Positions 30,244 through 44,268 of a stretch of DNA of 64,000 nucleotides are shown in pieces (position 1 is the stretch's first letter; every line of letters starts with the position of its first letter). Location: the NCBI GenBank assembly GCA_002269645.1, contig NIVC01000217.1:248001-312000 (forward strand). Direction: 5' to 3'. Both the position numbers and the translations under genes were made by a program. The notes under the pieces were generated by a model. That model was given only the letters and a program-made list of their open reading frames with translations. It was not told the DNA's origin and ran no database searches. This DNA is from Macrostomum lignano. Taxonomy: Eukaryota.

Positions 30244-32362
30244 TCAAGTCAATATTTTCGAGACCGAGCGTCTCGGTTCCGTTCTCACCGATATTTGTCT
30301 GGTGCAGTTTAAGCTGTTTTTCAGCACCCTGTCGTGGTCTTCACTGTTGTCTAACGCAGTGTCCAGGCTAATTTCTAAAGCTTTCATTAATCTGGTACTA
30401 GTTACAAAGTCCGGTACATTGTAGAATCGGCGACTGCACCCCAGCTCTGACGTGGCTACAAAGAAAAACAGCAGACAGTCATCATCAACTTTTCGCGTGA
30501 TGCGGACATTGCAGAAGTTGCTGAGCTCCTGCCTTCGATGACATTTGGATTTCCAATACAACTTGAATGCTTCTGTGGCAACTTCGGTGGTTAGAAAGTC
30601 GTTAACCATAGGCTTCGCCAATTTTGACCAATCTCTTTCTTCAACCATAAATTTAGTCTCCACATTCATTATGAGATCGTCGAACTTCCCTTTGGTACTG
30701 CAGCTTATCCATGCAGTATTAAACGGGATCATTCCCTGGGTATTAAGCCAGGCCGGAAAAGTTGAAGAGGTCCGGCTTCGATGCGTCATACAGCGGTGGC
30801 GCCAGAGCAGTCAGTGGGATGTGAGGGATGAAATCCCGGAAGTCTTCTGTCGTATAGAATCGTAAACTGCTGGGTTCCAGTTTTAATGAGATCAGATGAG
30901 GCAACTCAAAGATGCGGTATTTCTTACAGAACCTGGCGACATTTGCCCTCCAACGAGCAGTTGCGAAAGTGTAAAAACCGCACCTAAACCAGTTTTTTTC
31001 AGCCGATCCTCCCATTGACTTGAGTTTCCGATAGTTACGCAAGATTGGATCATAATTTTTTAAGCAGCTCTTCGTTTTTGAGTTCTTTAAAGCCAGTAGA
31101 AAATATAATTGAGCTCACAGAGTTCCTAAAATATTCTTTATCGAATGGCCAAGCTGACTCATTCAATTTTGCTAGAAATACTTGCTTTACCTGATCAAAC
31201 ATGTCATTTACTCTATCAAATTCATCCTCTCGAAGATAAATGGCTTTTTAGTTTTTTAATACCACAGGCTCCAAATTGAGCGTTGTCAATTTAAGACATT
31301 GTTGCTTAATGTTATTATTAAAAATCCTTTTCAGGCTCAATACCCAGTCAACCAATAGTGCGCTTACATATTTTGCGGCTCTAGGATTGTCAAGACGGAA
31401 TCGCGCAGGAGCACTCTTCTTGAAATGATTCATGAAGTTGATAATTAGTTTCAGATCATCAGAGATAAACCGAATCTCTGGCGGACTTTTCACAGCTTCA
31501 ATTGAATTTCCTATAAAAGCGCTGATAAACTTTGACCACAAAACGAATTTTTTGGTCTCATTATTGCAATTTAGGCTAAGCGAATCTATATATTGTACCT
31601 GTATTGACGCTGACGACCCGCTAGGAAAGTGGCTGCTCGGTTGACTTGTTGTGCGCCGGCAGTTGTAGAATGGGTTCTGATTTGCCAGAGATGTTTTTAA
31701 GCCAACCCGTGTCAGGTGTCTTCTTGAATATCTTCTGTAGGATTTTTCTAAGCGGCCGATAAATTTAATTTGCAAAAGCTTTTCATTACTAACTTCAGAA
31801 CTATTGAATGACAACGAATTAGATTTCATAGAGTTTTCAAATTTGTTTCCAATGCTGACCGAAAGCAGAGTTCTAGATCCGGTTTTAAGGATAGTCGCCA
31901 GTAACGTTTCCATTTGCAGGTGGCCATCGCGCCGCTCAACGTCTCGCAGTTGCTCCAACAGTACAGCCAGGCCCTGTTTCAGAAATTCCTTGGTCTGGGA
32001 TTCCTCAATATGCATTTTGGAGCAGCTTTGGTACAGTATCCTGCTGAACTCTGCCAGCTCGATCATAAATGGTCTAGACAAGGCAGTCTTTGCTTTTCCC
32101 GACAGCATGTCTTCCAGTCGCTGCTTCACGGTGTCGAAAGCTTTCTCAATTTGGCGTTTGCTTGAACTGCTGATGCCATCGCAGCTCAGTTTGCGCAAGC
32201 TGCTGCAATTGCTAAGTTGAGCAGCCTTGCTCCATGAAGTCTCTCTATGGAAGGCTACATTGAGGCAGTCAAGTCGGGGGTGGTTGCAGTCGAGCTGGTT
32301 GTCAGCATTGACAGGCAAAGCAGAGAGATCAAAAGGCAAGAAAGCGGGGAGCTACTTTCCAT
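30244..32362 (-). pseudogene. Orphan secreted protein gene (~700 aa) broken by about three frameshifts
   Basis: ATG 32362 opens signal-like MESSSPLSCLLISLLCLSMLTTSSTA; consecutive overlapping ORFs 32339-31248, ~31275-30743 and 30789-30244; TATATAAAG about 80 bp upstream. Confidence 0.5.
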
Positions 32363-33072
32363 GTTTTTTTAAAGATTATTACACAAGAAAACGGAAAATT
32401 AGTTAAAACGAGTTGCACAATATCTTTTGGTGCAACTGCACTTTATATAATTGACTGATAATTGATCAGTAAGCAACTGCGTGTGAAAATAATATATTTT
32501 CTGACAATTTTTTAAACTGCTTAATGTTTATTTAAACCTACTAGTGCTGAGAAAACAGGCACGGTACCCTGCGAAAGCAGAGGGTGTAGCACACGCCCAA
32601 TTTTTCAGTCTGGGATCAGGACTGCTAATTGATACCGATTTCGCAGAATATTTTTGTGAAAATTTTCTGGCTAAGATATTGATACATGTTTTCTAGTACT
32701 CGAAAACTGCTATACAAAGCTGATTTCTAAAATAAAAAAACATGCAGTTTCCAAAGTCTTCAAGCACTAACTGTTGTATTTTTAATTTGCTATATTCAAT
32801 CAAACCAGATGTTGACCAGCACCTGTGGTAATGCCGACAGAAAATCTCTGTAGGTTCTGCGCCTCCCGTTGAATTTTCTTTGAATTGGTGTTGTTTGGGC
32901 CATAGACATTGCAGTCATCCTGACGCATGTAGAAACGAAGTCAAAAGGCACATCACCCCGACCCACTAAGGATGTCTACGGCCAAAAGATCATCGGCTAA
33001 CGAGTTTGCTGTACAGGATAAAAAAAAGCTTATTTTTAACATAGATAAAAACATAGACGTACGGCTTTGCGG

Positions 33073-33469
33073 CATGGATGAAGGAATAAAAAGGATCGCT
33101 CATCTAAAAGGAAGTCTATGGTCAGGACTCCCTAAAAATTGGGATATTCCCCCCCATAAATTTCATTGGCTGCTGGAATTTAATAATCGCCCCCTAAGTT
33201 CTTACTGACTGGAGTTTGTACGCAAAGGAAAATCCAAAGTCGCGATTAGCGTTGGACATCGATAACTGCCTCTTTCTGTGCCACGATGGCTTAAGGGAAA
33301 GAAATTAGCATTTCCCCCAAGTAAAAGTTTTAGCCATTAAGAACTTAGGGGGGCATTAATAAATTCCAGCAGCCAATGAAATTCATGGGTGGGAATATCC
33401 CAAATTTTAGGAAGTATTGGCCATAGACTCGCTTTCAGATGAGCGATCCATTCTATTCATTCATCCATG
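33073..33469. mobile_element. Foldback MITE, hAT-like
   Basis: ~140-bp imperfect TIRs CATGGATG...CATCCATG; flanks CTTTGCGG / CTTTGCGT (7/8 TSD). Confidence 0.7.
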
Positions 33470-33700
33470 CTTTGCGTGCACCTTTTCACCTGTGAACTAT
33501 AAAGGGGCCAGTTGGCAGAGTGTCGATGGCAGTTCTCCTATAATTGCCATCCACTCAGCAAATAACCTGACGCAATTCTCTGCCTTTAAACGCAAGCCGC
33601 CCTAGTTACTCGTTGCTCATAGTCGAATCGCAGATATTTCAAGAATCCTTGCTTAGCAACTCGAAACTCGAGCAGTATGGACAGCTGTTTCAGTTAATTA

Positions 33701-33921
33701 CACCTTTCTCGTTCAATTTTGATCAAAGTCCAGTTCTAAAAAACAAGCAGAAATTAAATTCAGACAATTCAGACTGGGGGAAGTTTTGTCTATGGCTAAA
33801 CCTTGCTTCGGTAGCAGAATGTTTTGAACTGGGGTTTGTTGCCCCAGTCTGAGTTGTCTGAATTGAATTTCCGCTTGTTTTTTTAGAACTGGACTTTGAT
33901 CAAAATTGAACGTGAAAGGTG
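33701..33921. mobile_element. TA-target MITE (Tc1/mariner-like)
   Basis: ~80-bp TIRs CACCTTTC...GAAAGGTG flanked by TA. Confidence 0.8.
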
Positions 33922-34239
33922 TAGTACGGAAGTCTTAATGCTGTAAATAAGTATGCCAACTTAGGGCAGCCCGATTAGCGAAATTTTCTGTCTTGCTTTT
34001 GACTGTTTGTCTATGTTTAAACGCCAAACTCGCTAGTAGAGGCAAAAAATCGATTTTTCCATTTTTATTTACGAGCTGCACACCATATTCTACGGCTTCA
34101 AACTTTCTATGGCCAAATCCAAGACTACAAGACACAGTTCGACGAGAGGAGCGACTGATCGCTACACAGGATATTGCAGCAAAACTACAAGTGCAAGTTA
34201 AATCATAAACTAATTATCAATTATCTTCGAAATTATACA

Positions 34240-34491
34240 ATGGCCCAGCTGCTACTCTTCTTGTTGGTTCTGTTTGCTCTGATTGTCGATGGTGAGTTTC
34301 TAACATCCCCTTAGGCCCTACTCAGAACTCTAAATCAGTAACGAGACATTGTAAGCCACCCTCGCCCATCCCTTGTTTCAGCCTTCAGTCGCAACTGCAA
34401 AGCAGCTGGTTCCTTTTGCAACAGCGATTCACAGTGTTGCAGCGAAAGCTGTTTAAACTGGCTTTTGGTGTCTGGAAACTGCATGGAATAG
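34240..34491 (+). CDS. Two-exon secreted inhibitor-cystine-knot (knottin/conotoxin-like) peptide, 53 aa (exons 34240-34291, 34382-34491)
   Basis: Donor G|gtgagt, acceptor ccttgtttcag|; spliced product MAQLLLFLLVLFALIVDA-FSRNCKAAGSFCNSDSQCCSESCLNWLLVSGNCME*. Confidence 0.85.
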
Positions 34492-34960
34492 GGCGACACG
34501 TGCGGTTGAGGTCACAATTGATTCAGTGCTCAAAATGTGTGCTTATTTCACACATTGAAAATGCACCCAATTTCAGTTCTGTCCAGCGTCGCGCATCCAA
34601 GTGCTATCGGCTTTGCAGTGACTTGACATGTTATTTTACTATTAGTAGTATCTATCTACGCAACTGTGTTTTTTAGTAAATTCCAAACTCTAAAATATAA
34701 TGTTCTTCGGCTCGACGCCTGTTGGTTGAAAATACTCCTACTTGAAAGTTTTTAAAAGTATTCTGATTTTTCAATAGCACTTTTAAACATGCTTCGTGAC
34801 CATTAATGACGTATGGAAGAAAGTTGAATATCCGACAAAATTGCGTCAATTTTTTTAAAATTAAAATTCAAAGCTAAAAGGCATTTCACAAAAGACTATT
34901 GTAATCTTACTAATTTTCATCCTGACAAACAAACAGCCTTATATTTCAAAAAGAAATTTG

Positions 34961-35026
34961 CAGTGTTTCAGCAAAAGCTGTTTGAACTGGCTCGATCATA
35001 TTGTGGCTGGCCATTGTATCTAATAG
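34961..35026 (+). pseudogene. 3' remnant of a second ICK peptide paralog
   Basis: QCFSKSCLNWLDHIVAGHCI**, followed by a 3' flank homologous to 34491-34550. Confidence 0.65.
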
Positions 35027-35873
35027 GGCGACACGTGCAGACTGAGGTCATAGTTGATTTGGTGCTCAAACTGTGCTCAATACCGTTAGGCAGATATCCA
35101 TTTATTTTTTACTGAAAATTACCTCCCATTTTAGCAGCGTTGAGCGTTTGAATTCTGTCGGTTTTGCTTTTACATGTTTTACTACTGATTGAAGTAGCAT
35201 TTTAGCAGTATTTTAAATTATATTCCAAACTGACAATTTTATACAAGTAATATTCAAGGACTACTAGTGTTAGTGTTCCTAAGGACTAGTCTGCTGCATG
35301 ACTGATGAATGCGAGCGTACAACAAGATGTTTTGTTTCTGTAATGTTTATGTAATTTTCTAAGTTTATGTACGAGTAATGAGCAAGTATCTGTAAAAGAA
35401 AGCAACTTCTTTGTTTTAAAAAGTAGCCTTGATCTCAGTACCGGTAAAGATAAAGAAAAAAGTAGCATGATGAATTGCTCGTAGGATACAATTGTGAGTT
35501 CTCGCCACCTACGCGTATGCTACGAGCGTACGAGCGTATATCTTCCTGTGGAGACTTCATCCTCTCCACGGGAGTTCAAAGCTGCGAGGTTTGATCGTCA
35601 AGTCTCTCGCTCCATCGCACTTACTGCACTGAGCCTGGGAGCACAGGGCCTGCAGTAGCCTCAGTGGAGCCACAATAGACTGAAGACGTGGGAATTTTTG
35701 CACTCGCAACTTAGTTCTAAGGCTTGATTCCCATGGCAAGTCACTTCTTGTGTATACTGACTGAGTCGCTCGTTGCGCAAGTCATGCTTCGTGCGTAGTG
35801 AATTTGTGAAGCTGCTGTTGAACCTGGCTTTTAAGACTTATACAGCTAGCTATGGCGCATCTTGTCCTCCCGT

Positions 35874-36092
<219 letters not shown>

Positions 36093-37343
36093 GCATTCAA
36101 GCGCTAATTTCATCACAAATAAATACGAACGTACAGTTTCTGCTAAAAATGCGCCTACTTTTATGATAATTAGCCCAAATCAAATATGGTGAAACATCTA
36201 TACACTGGATTCCTCTTTTTGCTTGCAGTAGTTTTTAAACCTATAATTAATTCGAATAATTTACCTCAATTTGTTTACATTTTTGGTTCAAAATTGGTAG
36301 AATCTAAATTCGCATCAATCATTTCAGTGACATAAATTCGAAATTATATTTAAGTGAAGGTTTCAGACTTGTTTGATCCTTTTTTTGCGAGGGCCTACGT
36401 AACTGTCGATAGAAAATACAGGTACAAAGCCTGCCGCAAAGGAACAGACGCGACCAGATGTCTCCTCGCTAGCTGTGGGTCGCCTATCCGCAAAGAAGTC
36501 GCGCCCATAAGTCAATCCATCCAAGAATGCGATCATGCGCGTCTATAAGAAAAAATCAAAACTGAGCCAGCCGTGTTTCCCGATGAAGTTATGCATTATG
36601 GCTGGTTTACTGGCACAAAGAAGAAGAAGCTGCTACGATCAAGCCATGACTTAAAGCGCTGCTTATAGTCAATTGTGACTCCCGAGAGTTAAACTGAGTT
36701 TTATAGTTTTTGCATTTTCTGTGAAACCCTTATTGAAGCATTCATGTATTTTTGGAAGCAAGTAAGACAAGAACCTACCATGGCTTCTAAAATCAATTTT
36801 CTACACGTAGAAGGGAATCGATTTTGGGACAAAATGATTATTTGAAAAGAAAATTGGAGACCGTATCATGTATTTAGAAGATAGCCTACTTAAATAGCCT
36901 GTCTTGCCTTAAAGAAAAGTGCACTTACTTGAAGACCATAATCTTCCAGAGCTGCAAGTGTGCAGAGAGCGAGAAAGATTGACGAAATTAACAGGCTAAT
37001 TCACCATGGTAACGAGGTTTTGAGTTTGGGATAAGGTTTTCGAGATTTCGTACGATAGTTTAGCGACTACAGCAGCTTGCGATACACATGTTCTTATAAT
37101 TCATCCATTCATCTAAGGTCTATTTGCATTCAACCTTATCCCAAGCAAAACTAAATTTATTTGGCAAGATCGGACCAATGTGATCGACAATTTTGATGCA
37201 ATGCAAATCGCATTGGTCTAAAAAAACAGAGCCCTACACCATTGGTTCATTCATCCAAGATAGCGCGGATAGACGGCTATGAAACTTCTTTCATTTCTGT
37301 CCCGTACCACATCCCGCGGCTCCCAGGTGTGTCTCTAGCAGTC

Positions 37344-38031
37344 ATGGCCGACACGTATCACCTGCCAACTATTCTCTGTGCTCTCCTCACCTGCGTGGCA
37401 GGCAGATTCGTTCACTTCTCCTACGTGGGCTGCTATGTTGACTTTACTGGCACAGTTCGAGACATGAAAGGTATTACTAAAATGGGTAGCCTCGAAATGT
37501 CGCTTGAGATCTGCAGCGGTATCTGCTCTCTAAGCAGCTTCCCGTATTTCGGTGTGCAGTTTTCTAAGCAGTGCTTCTGCGATGCCTCCTTTGGGTCGCA
37601 GGGAAAGGGAGAAGAGAGAGAATGCAACATGACTTGCAGTGGAAACTCAGGTCAAATCTGCGGAGGTGCACGTCGCAACTCGGTGCATGCTCTGCGCTAC
37701 CCTGGTCAGTAACTGAGTGTCTTATTTCTCTTTTGCAATAAAGCGACCAAGACAAACCATAAAAACTGGCACTTTGGTCCTCAATACAGTTTCAGACAGA
37801 AACAGCTACACGTTGGTAAAGCCAAGCAACCCGACTGTCACATTCAATAGAACTTGCTCTTTTCTCGTCGTTGCCCAGTCTGACGCGGACTGCCTGCTCC
37901 AGTGCAGCGCCAGAGCCGACTGCCAGGCGGCCGTTTTCTCCAAGCGGCTGCTCGCCTGCTACCTGCTTGACTTTGTCTACCCGCCAACCAGCCTGACCGG
38001 ACCCGACTGGACTCTCTACCAGCGTGGCTGA
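37344..38031 (+). CDS. WSC-PAN gene 2, intact, 198 aa (exons 37344-37704, 37796-38031)
   Basis: Signal peptide, WSC, donor G|gtcagt, acceptor gtttcag|, PAN core CLLQCSARADC...CYLL; spliced length 597 nt. Confidence 0.8.
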
Positions 38032-38286
38032 GCGTGTGTCCCAGTACAGCAATGGCTCAGCAACAGCAACTGGAACTGCTGTCTGTCTTTTTGAGAAGGC
38101 GTGAAATTTTACAGAAAACTAAAAAGGCTCAACATTTTTATTATTTTTTTTAATTAGAACAACATTTTTCATGCAATCAGACATGTTGTTGGAGGCAGAG
38201 TTACCCTGCCCGATCAAATCTAACGATGTTTGATTTTAACTACTCGTTATTGAGCGACGAGTCAGCCAGTCAGTATAAATAAATCT

Positions 38287-38430
38287 AGTCAGTCAGTCAG
38301 TCAGTCAGTCAGTCAGTCAGTCAGTCAGTCAGTCAGTCAGTCAGTCAGTCAGTCAGTCAGTCAGTCAGTCAGTCAGTCAGTCACCCACTCACTCAAGTCA
38401 GTCAGTCAGTCAGTCAGTCAGTCAGTCAGT
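38287..38430. repeat. (TCAG)n microsatellite
   Basis: Direct reading. Confidence 0.97.
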
Positions 38431-39786
38431 TATTTTAATGCGATCAAACAGTCAATAAATTTAAAATGGATTGATAAATTTTTACTGGATTAAGATTACT
38501 ATCTGCGCTTGATAAGCACCAGAGAATGGCTTTTGAATGGCTTAACGATCAAACGAGAAATTTGAAAAGACGGTCTGCTTTTCCGGTAAAGAACAACGAA
38601 TGAAAAGTTCTACGCTTTATCCGACCGGACGTAGCTTGGTTGCGGATTAAACCAGTTGTGCGCAGTGTTGTGCTCTGATGCGTTGTGGGTGAGCCTTTGC
38701 TTAAGTCACGTTGGGCTTTGGCTGACCGTGAGGAATGCTGCACCCCAGCAAGGTAGCTCTGCAAGCCTAATTAATGTGCCCACGCTAGCATAAGCAGACG
38801 CGGAAATACAAAGCTCAGGCTAAGAACTGATTCGCTACTGCAGAACATAAAGCAAACTTAGCAAGAATACCATGTAGGCGGCAACATCAGTATGGAGGCG
38901 GCTGGGGAGACGGCGGCGAACCTGGACGAAGACATCGCAAAGAAGGAGAAGGAGATCAGACAGTTGTGTCTTAGACCGGGAAGATAATTACAGTGAACTG
39001 CTTGATCGATTGTTGTCACAGAACAGGGCTAATGAACGGATGGAGTGTTCTCACAAAGCAAAGAGCAAGGCTCTTTCGATGTGTGATTTCATTGGCGGCT
39101 AGTGGTCGTGGTGGGCGAATCACTTAAAAAAGAAGAGAAAACCTAATCCGGATTGCATAACGGCAAATACAGTATATGGTAGGCAGTTGCAGAATAACGA
39201 TGCAAATTATCAATGACGGTGTCCTGATGACTAATAAGAATGGAATTGCTGATGCGACTGATCTAATTAACTACCTACGCTACTTAATTAAGATAGTGAA
39301 ACTATTTGATGCTTCGTCAGCAACACTTTCAAAAAACAATGGACAACAAGATCCTCAGAACCCCAGACGTGGAAGAGCTCTTACCTTTGTTAGGTTAACT
39401 TTAAGCAATTTAATCGCAGTACATGTAGTAGATATTTCCGTCCGGCTTCAAATTTCAGAATCTCTTCTGTATCTGTTGAGACCCACCCTGGGATCAATAC
39501 AACATTTAGCAACTAGTGAATATTGAGGTCGACATGAATTATTACACCAAGAATGAAGTCAACACTGATATTGAAACACATCCAGACTGCTGATGATGCT
39601 ATACGTGATGAAAGATTGACCATCCACTTCGAGTATTTCTAGTCTATTTGTTTTTTAAACACAACGTATTCCGTAAGCAAACTGGCTTGAAGTTAAAGGT
39701 AAACAATAGCAGCGTAGAGCAGCCGTTACTCTTCTAAAAATCAATCAATCTTTTAACTTCGTTTATCAATCAGTAATGACGCGTCC

Positions 39787-40503
39787 TCAGGCGTGCACGA
39801 AGAGAGTCCAGTCGGGTCCGGTCAGGCTGGATGGCGGGTAGGCGAACGCCAGCAGGCGGCAGGCGAGCAGCCGCTTGGAGAAGACGACGGACGGCCTGGC
39901 AGTCGGCTCTGGCGCTGCACTTGGCCAGACAGTCCATGACGGATGGGGCATCGGCCGGCCAGGACGATGTCTTGCTGTTCTCCAGAGTAAAGTTAGTATT
40001 CTCCAGTTTGCAGAAATTTTTTGTCTGAAGAAGATACTGTTTAAAAAACATCAGCAACTTTGAAAGGCAACTGCATAACCAAAGCAGCAACTTACTCTGG
40101 TAGTTCAGAGCGAACACGGAGTTGATGCTCGAGTCTCCGCACATCTGTAGCGGATTTCCCGTGCACTGCCTGTTGCACTGGCTATCGCTGAGCTGTTCAT
40201 GGAGTCCATAGGAGGTGCTGCAGAACACTGCCGGCTGACCTGCACTCCAAAGTAAGGGAAGCCGCCCAGAGAGCAGACGTTAGGACAGAACTCGTGTGAC
40301 ATGTTGCTGAGACTCTGCACTATGCCGGCTGAAGCGAAAACGGTGTTCGGCCCCAGCTTAGTCATTCCAAGTAGTCCGGTGTCAGGTCTCTGTTCGAGTT
40401 ATCACTATCTTTGTAGCAACCGAAGTAGGAGATCTTCACCATCCGGCCAGCTGCACAGAACAAGAGAGCGCACAGCAATCCCGACTACCAAGAAAATACG
40501 CAT
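39787..40503 (-). pseudogene. WSC-PAN gene 3, multiple frameshifts (exons 40503-40096, 40024-39787)
   Basis: Pieces MRIFLVVGIAV, YFGCYKD...RDL, MSHEFC...GGFPYFGVQ, CTGN...CG and DCLAKCSARADC lie in shifting frames. Confidence 0.8.
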
Positions 40504-41808
40504 TGACAATTTTACGGTATCTAAACTTATGTTTACAGCAAGTTTTTTTTAAACATTTCAGACGTCCGTGAAACTTTTATAGCTTCTCCGGGTGAGTAGA
40601 GATTTTCCGCAGTTTTCTATCCAATCAGATTAGATCTAGAAAACATAGGCAGTCTATAGAAGGATACAAATGAACAACTACTCGCTCGGCAAGCGTTTTC
40701 ACCTTAAGGGCCAGATAAAGAATCCAGCTAATGGATGCAGACCAGATAAGAGTGGAAAGGCGACGGAATAGAAAATTAGAGACGAGGTAAGCGAGGAGAA
40801 GCGAGAGGTGAGATGAAAGAAAAGATGGATGATAAGAGGAAAAAGGGAGAGAAAAGAGATGAAAGATGGGAGAGGAGAGGGGAGAGAGAGGAGAAGAGGG
40901 TAGAGAGGAGAAATGAGATTTGTACATTTGTACCTTTGTACACTCTCATGTATATGAATACGTAAGCATTAACAACAAATGCTGTTTTTATTATCATAAT
41001 TAAAGCTGGCCTAATTGGGCAAGATGTGCAACCGACAGCTCAGCCGCATCTGAAGGCTGTGTACGGCTCTTCAGTCCAAGGACTGGGGGGTCGCCACACA
41101 CACCCTCTTCTGACTCAGACAGTCAGAATACTACTTTTACTTGTAGGATACCATAGTCATTGGCCTACAATACTATTTTAACGTCTACTCACCTACAAGT
41201 AAATTATATTTATGTGGAATATAATGCTTGGCCACCTGAAGCAGCAGGGTTTGATAGTCGAATTTTTGCTTGTTGCGCACGTCATGCTTTGTGTTGTTTA
41301 AGGATGAAGCTGAGTTCTTCAGCTAGCTATAGCAATTCTTGGCTTCCCATTGTGTACAGCTTAACGACACAACCGATGATAGCATTCTGATGAAAATGTC
41401 TCTCTGACTTTCATGAAATGCGTCGAAGAAGCCTTACCGTGACATCGCAACAACTAGTGCTAGTGCAACGGACGCGCCCAAGTGCCTCCACTTGAGGTTG
41501 GCTATCAGCACAATGAGCGCTGATAAGCCCATCTCTCTAAGAACGTGACCAAGCGTGTCTATGGGAAAAATCATTTTACGCTATGCCTGATATTTTCCCT
41601 ACGAAGGTATGCATCATGGCTCGTTTATTGGCACGAGAAACTGCTAAGCGACTTGAACCGTTGCTTATAAATGTATTCGCTTGACTCCCTTGATTCACTT
41701 GTGCATTAAACTGCATCCTAGTTACAGCACTTTTGTGAAATCCTTCTTGTAGCCAAATTACCTGCAAAAGCATTCATTGTTAAATGATACAAACAAGCTA
41801 GGAAGCTT

Positions 41809-43890
<2,082 letters not shown>

Positions 43891-44268
43891 AGCTAGGAAG
43901 CTTAGATGGCTTCTAAGAAGTGATTCGAATGCTTATGGCTTTTGGACGAATGGACGAAACAACTAGTATCTAGTAAAAAATTTAGAGAACGCTACATGTA
44001 TCTACAAGATAGCCTGCTTAAAGAAGTTTTCAAATCATCATTGCGGAAGGTAGGGCTTGAGGAAGTCGCCATAGTGACAAGATAAAAGAGCTTTGGAGAG
44101 ACAAAACTTGTCCCAAAAACACCTTGAATATAAAAATATCCGGATGCCAGGGAAAAGCAACAATTAAACAAAGGAAAACTCTAAAAGAATATCGGTGCTT
44201 CCTTTCACACGCTACTCTTCTGTAGGCGATCCCTAATGCCCCATGGAGGTGAAACCTCAGCCAATCCT

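Noticed and set aside
39176-39526. Possible P-element-like transposase fragment
   Set aside because: Only a faint resemblance (INYLRYLIKIVKLFD); no catalytic motif or termini found.
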